Positions 47,157 through 60,240 of a stretch of 64,000 bases of DNA are shown piece after piece; the stretch's first letter is position 1; every line of letters begins with the position of its first letter. Position numbers and translations under genes: made by a program. This stretch comes from Iphione sp. A-MEVVRFRX5. Lineage: Eukaryota. The DNA lies in NCBI GenBank assembly GCA_976226885.1, contig OZ320316.1, forward strand, positions 37,262,001 through 37,326,000. Direction: 5' to 3'. The notes beneath the pieces are model-generated. The model was given only the letters and a program-made list of their open reading frames with translations, was not told the DNA's origin and made no database searches.

Positions 47157-50100
47157 GGGGTGTCACCTACGCTATGGGTGATATATTATTTAAGTTCTTA
47201 TGTTATATTAATCTCATATATATTTTAGTATTTTTTAATGTTCATGGCACTGGTGAGATATTTTCCTGCTACGTATTGATTATATATAAAATTCTATCGA
47301 GATTTAGGTAATAGGAGATGTGAGATTGGGGTTGCATTGAAAATATACAAGCTTCCAAATGATATCGCATGAAATTACAACATTCTATCATACTGAATAG
47401 GAAACAGATCTCTTGAAGTTTGTTTTACATTAACCTGTAGAAAATATTCACAAATTCATGAATTATGAAATCTGAATGGTTTATTATTAAATTCTTAGCT
47501 AGTCCTTCCTCAAGGCAACAAGTATGGCATCAAGTCCATCATGATGTAGGTGACACAAAAATGCAAAATTGCAGTACACATCAATTAAATCAGCTTATAT
47601 AGGCAATCATTATATACTAAGCTGGATATCATAGGCAAGCATTTCTGAAAACACTAAAGTGAATATTTCTAGAAGAGTTGAACATCAATCTGACTTAATA
47701 TACGATTGACTAATATTACGAATCAATCTTGTCTCTAATTCTCAATCAGTACATGCAGAGAGTTATGTAGAGAGTTAATAGCTACTGGTAAGAAATTGAA
47801 TGCATCTAGAAAAAAATAGAGAAATATATCAAAAGGAATTTAATTTGATCATATATCAGGCATGTCTGCTGCTGAAAACTGAGATTTAGTATTCCAGAGG
47901 GAACATGACGTAGGTGACATGAAGATCCTAGGGTAGTTCATTTGTAATAGAAACTTTGTACATACACAGTCTGACTCATAATACGTTACAACTGTCATCA
48001 TGAGACTAATATTTTGTAATAATGAAATAAATAGAGGTAACAATAGACAGTAATGGTATTTAATAGTACCCATCATAACGTATGTGACCTTCTTATTATA
48101 ATGAAAATGACAAACATTTATAACAGCGCCAACAAGCATGTTAAAACTCAATAGCACAAAGTGATAGTGTCCCATCCTAATGCTTCTCTTTTCTTGTCTC
48201 CATCATCACCTGCAGCTTCTTGGAAACATTTTCTACCACCACTGGTGGTAGTGCAAGTACACTTTTTCTCTTAGGCACTGGTTGTGGGTGTGGAACTTTC
48301 ATCAGAATCTCACTGTAGGGTAGCCACATGATGTCCCTGATGTGAGGGAACTTGAAAATACACCTGTGTCCTGCCATGTGGTAGATGAAATCCACTTGGC
48401 ATTCCTTTTTGTTCCTGTTGACTGCAAGGACTCTGCCAAAGTAGAAATCGCCATCATAGTGGGCGGCCAACCACTCCTCTGGATAATATGATGCCTCTTG
48501 ATGGATAGAGATGATCTGCCAGTCAGGACAGAGGATGCCCTCTCTGCACCTCACACAGAAGCAGCTGGTTGTTCTCACAGCAATCTGGCCTGGTTGTGGT
48601 GATATCACTGCATGCAAGGATAGGGTTCCCTTGATGGCCTTGGCATTGTCTTTGATGGCATCCATGAGGATTCCAGCCCGCTCCACTTGTTCTTCTGATA
48701 GATGGGCGCAAATCATTCTGGTGGAAGGCAGGTCTTTTTGAAACCATGCTACCATGTCAGCAGCACCATTTATGATGGTTTTTCCTTGTTTAACTGCCAG
48801 GTCTGCCATTCTTTTTACAGTCCCTCCTACTCCGTCGCATGGCCCTTTACCATGGCCAACTTCCATGTAAGTCCAACTGGCCTTTCTTCCAAAGAACTCA
48901 TCATGATTCCCTACCAGATGCATGATATATCTGTTGCGATATTGGGACGTCGGACTGTCTGTTATATAATGCACTTTGCTTTTGGTAGGTGTCATCTGGT
49001 CCAAGAAGTGGTTTATCTCTTTCATTACTGCAAGCACAGTGGTGGCATTATGACTCAGGACATCAGAGATGAATACCTGGCTGAGATGCTGAAGTGGGGC
49101 AGTGGGCTGTTCTCTATAGTAATACACTACAGGATGGAGGGTCACCTGCTTCTGAGACCAGTAGGCACTCTGGATCTCATCAGCCTCCCTGCAACTGTAA
49201 TTCTCAGAAAAATCCATATGGATGGCCACATCTGAGGGAGGAAGAGTTTCCTTGAGGGTCTTTACACTGCTGAACTGCCTATGCATTCGGAGAAGGTGCT
49301 GGCGAAATTGCTTCAGGTCAGAACGAAGCAGCTGGAGGAACTGTTCCTTCTTCACTGTTTTCTGTACACACATCACCCTGTGCTTGTCTTCAGTAGTTTT
49401 CACTTTTTCCCAGTTGAAAAAAGCCACATTATCCTGGATGGAGCATGCTTGGATGATTTCCTCATCAGTGTTCACCTTTACAAGATAGTCAGGAGAGTTT
49501 GATATCTTTGCCGCTTTGAGCTTAAGTGCAAGATTTTGATGATACACACAAAGGCAAAGCTGCCTGCTGGTAAAAGCTGTTAGGTGAATGTGACGTGGTC
49601 TCAGCTGGCAGAAGAGAGACAGACTTATTTTGTTATGGGGCTGTTCTTGGATGAATTTCTTCCAGTTGTTTATTTGGTAGTCACCTAAGATTCTACTCTG
49701 CTTCCTTCCATCTGTTACTTTTGTTGAATCTCGTTTTCCTGGTAACAGCCTGGAAACATCATCTCGTTCATAGAAATGAATCACAGCTTTCTTCAGATTC
49801 CCTCTGAGGAGTGGTTGCCTCCGCTTCTTGCCTCTGGACTGAGAACCACCCTTGTAGATGTGGTTCCTGTTTATCTTCGTCTCTAGGCCAATATATCTGA
49901 TCAAGCGGTACTTTCTTGTGATCCTACCAGAGATCATCTTCTCACTTGATTTCTTCTCCTTCTGCAGTCTCCTGGCATTTCTTGACCTCATCTGCATGAG
50001 GAGGGCATGATGGGTACTTAGTTTCTTCATTAATACTGGGTGCCTTGCTGGTTGGAGGCCTGCTTTCTCCAGGTCTCTCTTGGCTCTTTCTTTGGGATCT

Positions 50101-51514
50101 TGAGTGTCCTGCCTCATCTGCTTCATCCTAGCTTGCATTCTCTGAAGCCTTTTTTCCAGACACCAAGTACGTCGTTGCATCTTCTTGTTATCCACCGACA
50201 GTTTCTTGATCACCCTGGAAATGATACATATAGAGGAATACATGAATGTGCATGTCAGTTATGTCTAGAAAATAAATGAGATCAAATATGGATCAAGTAT
50301 ATGTTAAGACGTGGCTAGACCTCCCACTCTCATGTGCTGTGAATTGAAGTCAATATGGTTAAAGTATGGATGTCCAATGGATAAATTGAAAGACAATCAC
50401 AAATATCTATAAACAAATCCATTCTAAATCACAACAGGGCAGATTTTATTTATGAGGGATAACCAGCGCATTCATCTCATCATAAACTGTATTAATTAAA
50501 ATATTACATGCATTTGATTTTTTATATTTTTTATATTTTTTATATTTTTTTTTTCAATGGGAACATTCCAATATTTGTCCATTAAATTAAATTCTCAATT
50601 AAATCAATATAAAAAAATAGGAAAACCTGTTTGCTCTTGAAACAGCCCGACTGGTTCTTTTACGTGTTCTGCTTGTAGAGAAAGGCAACTGTACTCTCAG
50701 AGGAGTTCCTGCATCTACCAGATCTTCATCTTGTGATGATGTTTCTAGTTGTTCCTTCTTCTGTGCACGACTTCTTGCTTTTCTGAGTCTTGCCTTTTCC
50801 CTTCTTTCTTTAAGCTTCTTCTCACTTAACATACTTGAAGGTACATAGTATGTCTTCACTCTCTGAGCCTCTCCCTTTAACCACTGCTGGCCTGTTGGTG
50901 CACTCTTCTTCCTCTCTCTATATGCCTTGGAGATTTCAGCTGCTGTTTTCGGCATGATCTGCATGATAGGTGAAAAAAAACTAGATAAGTATTTAGTAAT
51001 AATAATAACGCTATAATCTCTTGCAGCCTATCAATTGCAATGCATATATATAATGGAACCATTAAAGAAATATAACATGGGAAATATTAATTGGCACACA
51101 ACTTGTACATGCAAGTACATGCATCAGATATACAAAGTCACATACGTGATCAACATGGTCACCTACGTCATGAAATAGATTCGGTCTCCTCTTTTATTAA
51201 TTTTTATGAAAATACTATTTAGTTTCACTATAAGGCAATTATTAACATAATCTATGCAGTATTACATTTTCTTTTCATATATTTTCTATCAATTTCCATC
51301 ATTTAAAATAAATAAAATTGCTCATATACTCACCAAGTCCTTCAGAGCGGTAACAACACGACCTCTGTACACTCAAGGTGACACTTGTAGTTCGCACTGC
51401 TAACCGCTAGGGAAATGCCATATACACACAGAGCCATCTGGTGTATTTTCCCATCATTACTTGAACTTAATGTTTAGTAGCATGACGTATGTGACATGAC
51501 GTATGTGACACCTC
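47157..51514 (-). mobile_element. Sola2-like DNA transposon, about 4.4 kb; ends tentative
   Basis: Left end GGGGTGTCACCTACGCTATG versus right end reverse complement GAGGTGTCACATACGTCATG (GRG termini, 16/20 match). Repeated 16-bp subterminal motif; encloses the transposase. No matching 4-bp TSD (TGTA vs TAAG). Confidence 0.65.
48177..50955 (-). CDS. Sola2-like DDD transposase, two coding exons (50955-50627, 50214-48177), 788 aa
   Basis: A phase-2 GT-AG intron (50626-50215) fuses MPKTAAEISKAYRERKK...SRANR to VIKKLS... in frame. Motifs FYERDDVSRLLPGKRD, FCQLRP, CLCVYHQN, MDFSENY...EIQSAYW..QVTLHP, FISDVLSHN, YITDSPTSQYRN and WTYMEVGHGKGPCDGVGGTVKR match Sola2-type transposases as I recall them. 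No stops. An upstream non-coding exon is suggested by a donor at 51333 and an acceptor at 50959. Confidence 0.92.
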
Positions 51515-53640
51515 TAAGAGAATTCCATTACAAAATATTAACCCTTCCTTGTCCAATGATTATTTCTTTGTTGATAACACATATTTACTCTAAGTATTCA
51601 CATATGTTATTACAATGAATATTACATGAAAGAAATCTATGGTATTCCACATGACGTATGTGACATCCTTAAAAAATCGCTTCAACAGTACATACTAGAT
51701 AGTGTTGTCATACTTTAATATGGTAAGAAATTGGAAAATATCATAAATATATCCAAAGACTTCTTCAATACACTCATTAATAATGCACAAGTATTATGCT
51801 CTTCTTCTTTTATTTAAGATAATTACTAAGTTTATGCTAATATGATGTAGGTGACATATTCCATCAGACATACTAACTTCATAAGCATTACATGTACTAA
51901 TTTTCTATACTGAACTTAAAATGATTAATAACAGCTAGTATGCATATATGTAACATTATCATATTGATAAAATTGTTATTTTTTGTCATAAAATAGTTTA
52001 ACCCTTTCCTTTGTATCCATCATAAATACATCGGACAAGCCTTAATTTGCAACATCCATAATTTCAACTTAAATTTATCTGCATATATACAAATTATATA
52101 GGCTAAACTATATATCAAATTTAAGAGAACTTCCTCAAGAATGCAGAGATCCAATGAAAGTGAAAGTATCACATATAATTATTGTGTTATACTCATGAGA
52201 AGTTTAAAGACCCTGATAGCCACACTTAACATGGAATGAACCACCTGGATTAATTCGGTTCATCAACCCTGTAGCTAAAAGTAAGGTATCTCCCTAACAA
52301 TTTCATTCATAGCAATCTGCCTGTGTAAAGCAGTGCCACTACCAATCTTAACTAAGTCAGTTGGTCTCTTTAAGCACAGATATAGGCTATCACTGTTAGG
52401 TAATTGGCAGCTAGGATTCTCTCTAAAGTATGATTCTAGATGCTTAATGGAACAATATGTTTCAATCATTGCATCAGTATTGCGGAAGTAACGACCGTAC
52501 GGCTTTAGCTGTTCATTTCACCAACATAACTTGACATGATTAATGATATCAACTTCACATAGGGTATTGGCTTTCCCTGACTGCACAAGTTATTCTCAGG
52601 TAAGCCTGCGGCCTTGAAAATTAATATAGGAATACAATAAGGACAAAGTCAGCTCTTTCTTTTCTGTAGTTCGCTGAAGTGTTGTCTGGCTGTTAGCCAT
52701 TACTGTTAGTGTAGGTGGTAGATCATTTATTAACCTGCTGCTCTGGTAAATTATAGCCAACCTTACCAGGTCTAGATTTGATTATGTATCGATGAACATA
52801 TTCAGTAGGCTGCCTCTGTGCGTTCTTAATACTTGGCCAGAATGACAAGCTAGTAGGACAATACAGCCTTGTACTCAATGGTACAGGTCTCATGTATATT
52901 ATCTAAACCACACTCGGAATTTTATGGACATTACATGGAGGTGATGCTTGATTGAGAGTGAAAACTGGAATACAGCCTGGTACAGGTATTAAAAGGACCA
53001 ACAGTTTCTGAAGGCCCTCTGTCTTTTCCCCTTGTCAGTTTCCGTCCTTAGGATTAAGGATGAGGCATAACTAGTGTCTGAAAGATAAGGGCTCTTATTC
53101 GTATCGTCCATAGGCACTTCACCCTTAAAAAAAGTATAATTGACACCCACATCTTTCCCTTTAGCTTATCTCAAGGTGCCACTATAATAACCTTTCAGTA
53201 ATACCATAATTTTCCCTGACCCTGCCTGAATGCTACCCATTCCATTTAGATCCAAATTTAGGAATCTATACTTTGCTCTATCCTTTACAATAGGACTAAT
53301 TTTATGTATTGATGCACATCCCTTTAGCTAGTTCACTTGTATCTACTTCTATGGGTAGGTCATCTGAATATTGTGATAGGATGATATCTAATCCATCTTT
53401 TCATATCTCTAATGCCAGATATAGGACCACTCAGTGAAACAAATTGTTTCCTACTTGGTGAGTAGTAGCTAAGGAGTTTAAGGATCTTGTTGGCAATCCC
53501 CAGACCTGACAGCATAAGAATTGGATGGCGAAGGCCAAACATATCAAAAACTACGTATAGTTCTTAAAGTCTGACAACACGGTATGTTTTATTACTAAGT
53601 GTGAACGAATGTCACGAAAGATATTTCCATAGCTGTGTGG

Positions 53641-54019
53641 GTTGGTGGACGTTTCTCTTTGCATTTAGACAGATATAGGTGAAATTTCACACATTCCCCA
53701 TTTTTTGTGTTTTTTCGTCAGTGGATCGACTCTAATTTCCAGTTGGGTGTCCAACATGATCTAAACAAAGACATGTCTTCAAAATCATATTAGTTTTACT
53801 CTCTATATAAGGTAGGCTACTCTTATTAGAGTTGGTGGACGTTTCTCTTTGCATTTAGACAGATATAGGTGAAATTTCACACATTCCCCACTTTTTGTGT
53901 TTTTTCATCAGTGGACCAACCCTAATTTCCAGTTGGGTGTCCAACATGATCTAAACAAAGACATGTCTTCAAAATCATATTATTTTTACTCTCTATATAA
54001 GGTAGGCTACTCTTATTAG
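53641..54019. repeat. 190-bp tandem duplication (two copies, about 96% identical)
   Basis: Copies start at 53641 and 53831 with GTTGGTGGACGTTTCTCTTTGC; about 7 substitutions counted by eye. Confidence 0.95.
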
Positions 54020-57000
54020 CTGATTTTCAATTTTCCTTCTACATCTTCAAACCATAGTACAGTCGAAAAGTATGAAAAAAGCCGCCTTTGCTGATGCCAT
54101 TTCAATGCAGATGCGAGATGTATCCACCTGTGATGATCTCCATGGAGGACCTTGTTATCAAAACCAAGATTAATTGTTATACCAAAGCAGTGTATTCGAG
54201 GCTTACAGGGTACACCTTTGAATGAGTCTACACAAATCTCTCACAGGAAGCATATCAATCACATACACGTACATGTATTTCCTTTCAAACTGTCCCCTAG
54301 GCTGATCTTTTAAAAGCTTATTGAACAACTTCTCAAGTAAAAGGATTTAAGGCATTATTGGTGTAAGCCTCCTTCAACCCCGTCTCTGTTTTCCCAAGAA
54401 TTTCTTTATTAATACTTATTGTTAATAATGCGTCGAACAGTTAGGTTTTTGGAACTTGAGCTTCTTCCCTAAAGGCGGTGCAGTGTCGCCGATAGGATTG
54501 TCGGTGCCAACATTTGACATCATGTATCTTGCAGTAACCCAGACAGTTGTGCTTACTAACAGCACTCGGCTGACTGACCTAAAAAATCTGATATGGCATC
54601 TAATTGTTACGTTATTCCTTTCTCCTTACTCCTTATGTTCCACTTGTTTCATTTTGTTTGTGACACATAGTGCATAGTTATCTGTGCTGCCCTATTGCCA
54701 TTGAACGATACTACGTTTTACTTTAAAACGAAGACGAAAGTTTTCAGGAGAAGACCTTTCGTTTTGCCCTGGGATCTTAAACCAAAGTTGTAAGTCTATT
54801 AAATGTTTCATCCCCCGAAAGTATAAGTTCAGAAAAATATTTCGAAATCTTACTACACCATAGAAATCACTAGCTTCCCCTTGCACAGCCGTGCGAGAAA
54901 ATACTCCTCTTTAAAAGAAAACGGGGAAAATATGGGGAAAAAACATAGACATGAGACACATTAAGACGTTAGGCATGGCGATAAAACAAACGCTAGCCGC
55001 CTTCGGGAGAGGTACTTCAATGCGTTCCTGCCGACGACCACGCCTCGAACAGAGCAAAGCCCTTGCCTAACAATATCAGTCTCCCTGATTGTCAAGAAAG
55101 GATGAGCATCCCCTGGCGGGCGTTCATGGAGTGCGCCATTTTGAGGTGCCACGCCGAGGCCACCGACCTGTACATAATAGAATCACGGCTTCGTAAAGGA
55201 GAACGGCCAGAATATTGGATAACGTCTGATGTGTTTTTCTAACGGCAACTACACCGTAACCCGTCTCCCTGAAAGCGAATAGTATTCTCAGATATCTTAA
55301 TGCTTTCATCCTGAATTGTACGAGTGCTGTAATGGCAGTCATGATACATTTTTTTTCTCCATTTTTATACACCGTCGACGAGGATTTTTATAAGAGTGCC
55401 ACAAACGTCTGAATACGGTAAGAATAGGTGAACAGTCGCAACGATGCAAATATAAGCAGCATTTGTAACTCAGAGCAACGGATAATTCCTTTAATGGATT
55501 CACAAAAAGCAAACTTTGAAAACTTCGATGGCTTGGTGCTCCCATTTCACATCTATAGATCTTACAGTTACGAACAATTTCGGTGTAGTCAAAGGAAACT
55601 CTTTAGGTTGGGTCCTGAACAGAAGGCGTTTCTTAGTCTGCAACTTGGAGCCTATACCTCAGGAACACACCATTCTCGCACATGTTGCCCAGGTGGCGAG
55701 GATCACTCAACATTCGGCACAACAAAAACAAAACGTATTGGACTAAAATGCTGACTGATGCCATCTAGAATATCAAAGGGATTCTTGAAACGGGTACGTT
55801 CTAGTAGAATGGATTTCATGGGTCATACCTGTGGCCAGACACGTGACACAGGAGGCCCTGGGTCCTAAGGCATGAACCTCCGCCAAGACCCTCAGGCAAA
55901 TACGAAATTGTAGAAAATTAGACCTAAAACACATGTAACGCAATCTCGGATGTTACTACGGTTCTAAGAGAGATATCCCTACACTGGAAATGACTCTTTG
56001 AATGCTCTTTCGATAATGCAATATGAAGGTCAATTTGCGGAAACTACGAAGGAACACTTTTACACACTGTGCAGCAAAACAATATAGAACAAAGCAGGAG
56101 GCGAAGCGCTCCGACCTAGCGTTAAGAATAGACTCCATCAGATTTCAGTTGGCGCTTACTTTAATTATCCTTAGCATATGTTTGGATACTATGTTGAAGA
56201 ATCGTAATGGGACAAGATGAATGGAAATGACTTAAAATGTACTCATAAAAGTAGGCGCCAAAGGGTTGATGGACAATGAAGCCCCACTAGACATACAGCC
56301 TATGCTCTTGGAATTCCGTTGACATCTCTTCGTACGGCATTATTAGACACAAGTAAAATGCGTAAACACACTCTTTCTGAGCTCAATGGATTTAATTGTG
56401 ATAAAATTATGTATACTGCGATCTACAGTTGACTTAGGGGGGCAAAATTTGTCCAAATGAATTTATTAATTTGCAGCATTGGAACAATAGTAACCCTTTT
56501 TACAAGAGATATGTGTTGCATTCAAATGTACCAACTCGTAGTTTAGCCCTCGGATATGACTAGCATTTGGATAGAGGTTAAAAATCAGATATATGTCAGT
56601 AGTAATTCATACATTTAGTTTATAATCTCGCTCAGGTTGACATATTCATGAATTTACTGATGACAGGTTGACGTATTAAGGCGTTAACGGTTTATTGAAA
56701 ATATCCGTTACAGCTGTATACATTCATATTGAATACGGTTGAATTCACTGATAATTAATTGCGAACATTTGTTAAATCGGATACAATTCCTTTCGTTGAA
56801 TTAAAAAACCATTTTGCTTTCAGATGGACCGTTTAGATTGGGCTCCCTGATGTGCAGAGATGGTAGAAATGGCAAGCCATTCTATATAAACACCAGTTCC
56901 TCTACTACGGCCTGAAACAGTGTTGACGTCTGAAAGCTGCAAACAATGCACGAAGGCTCATGATTAAGAGAACAGGAAGAAGACATCCTTAAGAAACCCA

Positions 57001-59884
57001 TTAATGCCAAAAGTGCTATGAGGGAGACCTTTTCCTTTTAAAGCGATAAATTTGCAATGTTTTCAAGTTAAACTAAAATGTTTGAGATACAAAATATCCT
57101 ACAGAGACATTTCCCAGCTTCAGTTTTATTCGACTGCTAAGCCACAAAATTATATCCTATCTATATATCCTGTGTGAGCAATGTAAAATTATGGGTATGA
57201 AATAAACGAGGGTTTAAGCTATAATATTGATTATACCCAATAGATTGAGGTCTGCTGAGGGGATGATATAAAGGACGCTCAACCAACTTCTCATTCTGTA
57301 CCTATTATCAAGGCATTAATGATTCGTTCTTGTCAATAAAATTAAATGGAACGCCTTTCTCATACACATAATAAAGGGTACATCTTCGATTGGGGAATTA
57401 AAATGTGAATTTCTCCTTTGGCATCATTCTACAGCAACTCCCCGTCATAGTATGCCTCTGCTGAAATCGAAATGGAATCTAAATTAATCTTATACTTTCC
57501 ACTCCAAATAAGTCCCGCTCAAGGCTGCCGATGTGGCAAACACATGATTTTGAAGGGAGCCAACCTGTTTTGCCTATATTCTAAGATGGCAGACTAGTCT
57601 ATGCCGTACAATAACGCCGACGTGATTCTCTTACATTTTAAGTACAAAGTTTATCCTGCAAATAAGCGAGAATCTATAGCCTACTCCCTGCTGACCGTTG
57701 ACTGAACCTACGTTATAATCTGTTATCGATTAAAACATCACGATTTGCTGAAACTCTACTCCTTAAATAGTTAATCTAAAGGTAAACTGACAGAATCTAA
57801 ACCCACATAATTTCAGGGACATCAATAAATATATATACTTATATTAAATATAAAGTATTATTAAAAGAATTTCTAAACTCTCTCTCTCTCTATAAATGTG
57901 TTTCTGAGATCAGTAAAAGAAAGAAAAATATATCTTCAAAATTGAAATGTAACATACTCTAAAAAACAGTTATAGACTTAGGAGATACTTGTCTGAGGTG
58001 AATGAACATATTAACTCAATACATACCTTTAAAATGGTCCAAGAAATAAGTGCTTTGTATCAAAGTAAAGGTAATGACCTTCCCTACATGGCTGTTGCAT
58101 TGGATCCTGTCTTTCATGAAACTTTAGACCTTAAATTTATGAAAATGTACTATCGTGATACATCATGATGTACACCTTGATGCTCTGGTCTCCCTGTTAT
58201 AGGTAGGGCACTGTTAATGTCGTTTTGGATAGATTAAGACGTTTGCAAAAGCTCTTGCCTCTGTGAGGTGTGATCAAGTTGTGGGTCTGCCAGTACTGAT
58301 GATCCTTTTTCTTTGACTTGTGTCAAACTCCTGGAAAAGTGTTTCCAGCAGAGTGTGCTATGGAAGCTCTCAAGGTCTCACAGCATGTGCCCACACCAAT
58401 GATATAGATGATTGGAAACATCAACTAACCATAGAAGCTATTCACTACATACATTAGCAGGACACATAGGCTGTAGCCAAATTGGTGGGTGGAGATGACT
58501 TCTAAAAATCATTGATTCCCCAAAGTACCCTGCACTCTTGTGGTACCAATACTTGGTGTCTGGGCACTCAACTTCTTTTTTATTCTGAAATGGTATCCAA
58601 CACAGGTATGTATTAGTTTATGTTTAACTTTATTGTTAATGTTATTTCTACTTTTGTCACTGTTACTGTTTGATATAAATTTATTCTATTATTATTTCCA
58701 CTGGCATTAAAGTTATCAGTTGTCTTTTGAGACCAACTTCTTAGGGGATGCTGACATGGCCTGTATCACCATGTGTACAATCCTTCATAGACCAGTATCA
58801 ACTGCTGGATGGTTGTCAGACTATGAGTCTTTGTTACTGATAAAGCAGGTTGGTCTCCATATGGTAGTTTGTTCTTGGGTAATAAAGTGTAGAATATGAT
58901 TGTTGTTGATACCAACAGATTTAGGATTGAGGAAGAACAAAGAATTTACCTCTTCTGGATTTCATTCTCATATTTATGCATTTTGACAATTTCTGTTGTA
59001 ACTCAATGAAGAGTTTATAACAGATGGCCTCACATTCTTCTATTACCAGACTAGGGAATGTCCACGCCTGTGTAATGGTCAAGACAAAATGATTACAGAC
59101 GTTTGTATACAGCAAGGCCATAATGACATGTAATCAAAAATATGACATAGGTTTATATATTCCTCAGTAGCAGGAAACCAGAGGACAGGTGAAGTATTTG
59201 TTCATAGCATAGGCAAAAACCGTCATAGGGACGGAAAACTGGTTCCACTCGATGCCGAAGAAACAATTCACCCAATGTCCATTGTTCAATTAACGTATCG
59301 CCAGAAGCGCTTACAATGGATCATTTTTTACCATTTGTGACGTCACAATAGAGAATCCACTAATCAGCTTTTTTAAACATAAGTTCTGTAACGGGTAGTT
59401 TTCCCTGCTGGCGATCCGTCAATCGCTTTCAGTGTGGGTCAGTGTATTTGTTTTTACCTCAGTCATAATACACTTCAACTAGATCAAATTGGTCTTGAAA
59501 GGAGGCCAATCACTGCTTCTAGCAAGTGATAAGGCCTAGTAAGAAAAGTTCTGTTTTCATTTATCCGACTATAACCCCACATTAGAGCCAGTAGTGACGT
59601 TTTATGTTTTCCTTCGTTTGTAACTATCTATAGGATGAATAATGATACAGACACATACTATACATACATACTATATTGTTGCTTACAATATTAGCGTTCA
59701 TTTGATATATATATATTGTATTAAAATTGAGCCAAAAGAATCCGTCTTATATTTACATTTGTTACTTTGAGTATCAATTAACACCGCAAAAGAAAATCAA
59801 AAATAAAAACATGTCACCTACTGACTGATCCTACATTTTTCAGCCTGTTACCGGAAACACAGAACTTTAGGCCCAACGGTGACA

Positions 59885-60240
59885 TGATCTTTCTCCCTTA
59901 TTTTCGCCTATCTGTGGTTGCATCCTCTCTCTAATATAATTTTATTCTTTCCACTTTTGCCACTTTTTTCTTTCATCTAATATTCTTTTCTCTCGTCCTA
60001 CCTACTCATCTGTCGCTCCCTTATTTACCATTCAGCATGCTATTTTCTCTGTTCACCTATTTTTCTCTCCTCATCTTGTTCTTTATTTCTTCTTTCTTAC
60101 TTTCTACATCCTTTCCAGACTGTCTTATTTTATCTATTCGTTTCCCATTTCATCTTCTCTCTCTTCCCATTTTCTTCTTTTCAACTTATTGACCCGCCGT
60201 TTATTTTCTACACCACTCTTAATTTTCCTACTTTTCTTAC
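59885..60240. repeat. Polypyrimidine (CT-rich) low-complexity tract
   Basis: About 350 bp dominated by T and C on the + strand, without a fixed period. Confidence 0.8.

Noticed and set aside
48511-50279. Plus-strand and alternative-frame ORFs overlapping the transposase
   Set aside because: Shadow ORFs of a long coding sequence, with no recognisable motifs.
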